NCBI GenBank assembly: GCA_965216565.1 | Contig: OZ244170.1 | Span: 4,320,001 to 4,384,000, forward strand | Direction of reading: 5' to 3' | From: Bythopirellula sp. | GTDB lineage: Bacteria; Planctomycetota; Planctomycetia; Pirellulales; Lacipirellulaceae | Length of the DNA stretch: 64,000 nucleotides | In this document: positions 60,511 to 64,000 of the stretch, piece after piece | Numbering within the stretch: position 1 is the stretch's first letter | How the letters are laid out: the number at the start of each line of letters is the position of its first letter | The notes under the pieces: generated by a model | What the model saw: the letters and a program-made list of their open reading frames with translations, nothing else | What the model was told of the DNA's origin: nothing | Databases searched by the model: none | Made by a program: the position numbers and the translations under genes

Positions 60511-62226
60511 ATGTCACAACGCTTAAATTCTTTCCTGGTGCTGTCTGTGCTTGTGAGTCTGTTTGTCTTGTCGACCCTTGAGGCTCAAAGCTATGCGCTG
60601 AATGGCGGCCCCCTACGTGTGAAACCTCGAAACGGCTGGAAGGCCTTCGAAGTGATCTCGACCGGCGACAATCCGGCAGGCGATGGCCAGAACTGGACGA
60701 TGCCTACGACCTTCGATGGCTTAGGGGCACAGCTTGTAGGTTCTGATACTCTGCGAGTTCAAGTGAACCACGAAATAGGCGATGCCACAATCAGCCAGGT
60801 GGATCTCAATCTCGGCAGTTTGTTGGACGCCATCTCAAACACAATTGTCGGCGGCACTCCGGACGTGAACTTTGTCAACTCCGCTCAGCAGGCGTACAGT
60901 CGTTGGAGCAACGATGCCGGGCAAACTTGGACCAATACGACCGGAGTATCGAACACCAACTTCAACCGATTCTGTTCAGGCCAGTCGTATCTACCAAACA
61001 CATTTGGAGCGGATCGTGGATTTGTCGACAACGTTTATGTGACCGGCGAAGAGAGTTTTGGTGCGTCAGGATTTAATCGGCTCTTTGCCCTGGACCTAGA
61101 CAACAGAGACTTCTACCAACTGAGCGGAGTTTCGGGCAGTGCCGCGGGCGGCTTGGGAGGCATGCCTTTCGATAGCTGGGAAAACGCTGCACTGGTGGAT
61201 ACGGGCGAAACAGATCACGTAGCGCTGCTGCTCTCGCCCGACGGTGGCACTCAATCAATGCAGATTTACATTGGCGAAAAAGGAAAAGATCCCAACGGCA
61301 ACGCGTCGAGCGATTTTCTGGCTCGCAATGGCCTAGCCTATGGGAGCTACTATTACCTGAACGATTTTCTTCCCGGCAGCGGGACCTCCACCAATGGTAC
61401 ATTCGATACGACGATCTCGGGATCTCTCAATTCTTCGAAGCTTGAAGACGTCGACACGAGTCCCAGCGAACCTACAAGGGTTGTGCTTGGCGACCAAGAT
61501 TCTGGACTGTTTACCTTCGATTTTGATCTCGATTTCAGTGGTGGAAGCTTCTCGGCTGGGACATCCGGATTTTCCCTTACCAAGACCCAAAATCATGTGA
61601 ACAATACCGTCGATTCCTTTGGAGATGCCGACAACGTAGAGTGGACCGAACCAACGGAAATTGGTGGAAAGCAGTACCCAGAAGGTGTTATCTTTGTGAA
61701 TGAAGATACGAATAATGGTGAAATCTGGATGACCACGCCTTTGGGGCTCACCGATCCGAATGGAAATGTCTTGATCAAGATTGGTGATACGGTGGGACTC
61801 TCGGCAGCCACAGAAACTTCGGGCATCCTGGATATCTCAGGACTATTGGGCTTTACCCCTGGCAACGTGTTGCTAACCAGTAACCAGTCAACGAGTGGTA
61901 CCCTTGCTTCCTCGCTCAGTGTGCTGATCAATCCAGATCTCAGTGCAGGCTCGGCCGACTTTGATGGCGATGGGCTGGTGACGGGTCTCGATTTCCTCAC
62001 GTGGCAAGAGGGTGCGACGGATGCCAGCGCGTCGGGTCAGAGCGAAGGTGATGCCAACATCAACGGAGCCATCGGCTCCACAGACTTGGCTATATGGGCC
62101 GCCCAATACGGCGGCGCGCCGGAGACTCCTGTCCTGGCCAGTGTCCCAGAGCCTTCGATTGCTTGGCTGCTCTTAACGAGCAGTCTGGTATGGTTGCGAT
62201 TCCGCCGAAAAACTTCTTGCCACTAA
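60511..62226 (+). CDS. Secreted PhoX-like beta-propeller protein with dockerin-like repeats and PEP-CTERM-like tail
   Basis: Signal peptide; RFCS, TGEE, WENA, LED, DNV, NED and ETSG motifs; ADFDGDG and GDANING repeats; VPEPS-TM-RFRRK tail. Confidence 0.7.
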   Translation: MSQRLNSFLVLSVLVSLFVLSTLEAQSYALNGGPLRVKPRNGWKAFEVISTGDNPAGDGQNWTMPTTFDGLGAQLVGSDTLRVQVNHEIGDATISQVDLNLGSLLDAISNTIVGGTPDVNFVNSAQQAYSRWSNDAGQTWTNTTGVSNTNFNRFCSGQSYLPNTFGADRGFVDNVYVTGEESFGASGFNRLFALDLDNRDFYQLSGVSGSAAGGLGGMPFDSWENAALVDTGETDHVALLLSPDGGTQSMQIYIGEKGKDPNGNASSDFLARNGLAYGSYYYLNDFLPGSGTSTNGTFDTTISGSLNSSKLEDVDTSPSEPTRVVLGDQDSGLFTFDFDLDFSGGSFSAGTSGFSLTKTQNHVNNTVDSFGDADNVEWTEPTEIGGKQYPEGVIFVNEDTNNGEIWMTTPLGLTDPNGNVLIKIGDTVGLSAATETSGILDISGLLGFTPGNVLLTSNQSTSGTLASSLSVLINPDLSAGSADFDGDGLVTGLDFLTWQEGATDASASGQSEGDANINGAIGSTDLAIWAAQYGGAPETPVLASVPEPSIAWLLLTSSLVWLRFRRKTSCH

Positions 62227-62435
62227 AGCAACTCGCTAATTCTCAAGGCCATGAATAACTCGAACAGCACGAAAAACGCTAGTTGATCTGTTCGCTTATC
62301 CTTAGAGTTTACTTGTGGCTAGCTCAAAAACTGCTCGAAGCCTTTTCTGAGGCAAATTAACGCTTGAATATTATGATATTACGGAGTAACGTATAATCAA
62401 CTAATGTACGTGCACTTCCATCAGACGATCTACCT

Positions 62436-63008
62436 ATGGCCAAGCCTCACAAAAAGAAGCCCACATCTAAGGTCGAGGCACGCCTAAAGGCGCTCGAGGG
62501 CCAGGTCGAGACATTGAGCGGACTGATTTTGGGCAATTCTCAATCCACTGGAAAATCTGGAAGGTCGAAGAAGAAAAGGCAGATGCCCAAGGCAGAGAAG
62601 TTTTGGGCCCTCGAGCATATCCAGCAGCATCAGCAGCAAGATGGTGGTGTAATGTTCGCCGGATACGTCACCTTGCCTGCAGAAGAAACTTATGCCTGGC
62701 AAATCGAATCGCAAACGAATGAGCTGCTCCAAGCCAACTGGTCTCCCGCCCAACTCCCGCTGGCCGCACTCGCGCATCCAGTTCGTTTATCAATCTTAAA
62801 AGCTATTCTCTGCGGGCAGCGCGATACCCAGGCTTTGCAGGCGCTCCCTGAAATGGGAACCACCGGCCAGCTCTACCATCACCTGAAAGAACTTGAATCG
62901 GCTGGATGGATCCGACAACCCCGCCGTGGCCAGTACATTCTGTTGGCTGAACGCGTGGTTCCATTGCTGGCAATCATGGCTGCCTGCGAAGTTACGGATA
63001 GAAAGTGA
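62436..63008 (+). CDS. ArsR-like winged-helix transcriptional regulator
   Basis: ALAHPVRLSIL ... GQLYHHLKELESAGWI. Confidence 0.8.
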   Translation: MAKPHKKKPTSKVEARLKALEGQVETLSGLILGNSQSTGKSGRSKKKRQMPKAEKFWALEHIQQHQQQDGGVMFAGYVTLPAEETYAWQIESQTNELLQANWSPAQLPLAALAHPVRLSILKAILCGQRDTQALQALPEMGTTGQLYHHLKELESAGWIRQPRRGQYILLAERVVPLLAIMAACEVTDRK

Positions 63009-63072
63009 TGTGCGTTATTAACCAAGATTCACCTCAATTTTACTTCCCACTTTGTCGCAAGGTCTACGAATT

Positions 63073-64000
63073 ATGCAGTCTCTCATTTCATTGAGTCGCT
63101 ACCGTCACGGAGGCTATCGTCGACTCCTATTGTGCCCACCATTGTTAGCACTTCTTTATGTGGGTGTGACTATCTTGACCTGTGCGCAAAAAACTAATGC
63201 CCAGCCATTCGATATTAAGAATCCGCACCCTACTCTCGATGCGATCCGGTTGAAGCACAATCTTCCAGGCCTTGGCGCTGCAGTTGTTACCGAAGAGGGG
63301 TTGCAGCTACTGTCGGTGACCGGCGTGCGTAAAAAGGGTGAGCGAATAGAGGTGACCGAGAAGGACCTGTGGCATCTCGGATCATGTGGCAAAGCGTTGA
63401 CAGCGACGATGATCGCGAGATTGGTTGAAGACGGTAAATTGAGTTACCAGCAAACTATGGGCGACACGTTTCCCGAGCTGGTCTCGAAAATGAGCGAGCG
63501 GTTCAAAAAGATTCGGTTGATCGACCTGCTGTCACACACCAGTGGGCTGCCACCCAACTTCAACTTGCAAAACTACGTGAACGAAAAGAGTGTCACTCGT
63601 GCGCGGCGTAAGGTGCTCCGCGAAGCGATTGAAACTCCTTTGCTCAGCAATCCAGGTGAGAAATATTCCTATTCCAATTGGGGATACACGCTCGCTGGCC
63701 ATATGGCAGAGAAAGCAACTCGCAGGAGTTGGGAATCATTGATGAAGGCTGAGGTCTTTAAACCACTGCAGATGACGACCGCTGGTTTTGGCGGAACGGG
63801 TACTCCAGGCAAAATCGATCAGCCTTGGCCGCATGCCGCTTCTGGAAGCCCCATGCCGAGCAATGGCAAAGAGATGGACAACTTACCGGTGATGGGCCCT
63901 GCTGGAACGATACACATGTCGCTGGAGGATTGGGGGAAGTTTGTCAGCGAGCACCTGAAGGGCCATCTAGGCAAGAGTCGCTATTTGACGCAAGCCAGCT
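63073..64000 (+). CDS. 3'-truncated serine hydrolase (class C beta-lactamase/PBP-like family)
   Basis: Absent from the ORF track because it runs off the window. Manual translation gives WHLGSCGK (SxxK), LLSHTSGL, YSYSN (YxN) and GPAG. Confidence 0.88.
   Translation, partial: MQSLISLSRYRHGGYRRLLLCPPLLALLYVGVTILTCAQKTNAQPFDIKNPHPTLDAIRLKHNLPGLGAAVVTEEGLQLLSVTGVRKKGERIEVTEKDLWHLGSCGKALTATMIARLVEDGKLSYQQTMGDTFPELVSKMSERFKKIRLIDLLSHTSGLPPNFNLQNYVNEKSVTRARRKVLREAIETPLLSNPGEKYSYSNWGYTLAGHMAEKATRRSWESLMKAEVFKPLQMTTAGFGGTGTPGKIDQPWPHAASGSPMPSNGKEMDNLPVMGPAGTIHMSLEDWGKFVSEHLKGHLGKSRYLTQAS

Overview
This is a core-genome-like window from a planctomycete, most likely Pirellulales/Lacipirellulaceae. That assignment is inferred from a DUF1559 prepilin-like gene, an 'ETLEPRQLLA' N-terminal motif, a BBP7-type barrel, a dockerin-like/PEP-CTERM protein and an ECF-Ser/Thr kinase pair. 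It holds about 48 CDSs. Housekeeping genes include trpG/pabA, moeA, katG, a FurA-like regulator, rseP, dxr, ftsH, pyc, dnaE, a UDP-glucuronate decarboxylase, tadA, rfbB and an MrfA/MrfB-like helicase-exonuclease pair. There is also a surface-protein cluster (beta-barrel, SdrD/DUF11 protein, two TadE, TadG-vWA). No rRNA, tRNA, CRISPR array, transposase or integrase was seen. Three observations stand out. (1) A seven-gene signalling operon has six stand-alone receiver proteins around a sensor-less hybrid kinase whose C-terminus looks like a degenerate GGDEF domain with an intact RxxD I-site, making it a candidate c-di-GMP receptor. (2) An actinobacterial-type furA-katG cassette, apparently leaderless, is bracketed by two inverted copies of a ~74-bp palindromic element. 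(3) A multi-stem structured 5' leader begins right at a predicted promoter upstream of dxr-rseP. All product calls come from motif recognition by eye; no searches were run.
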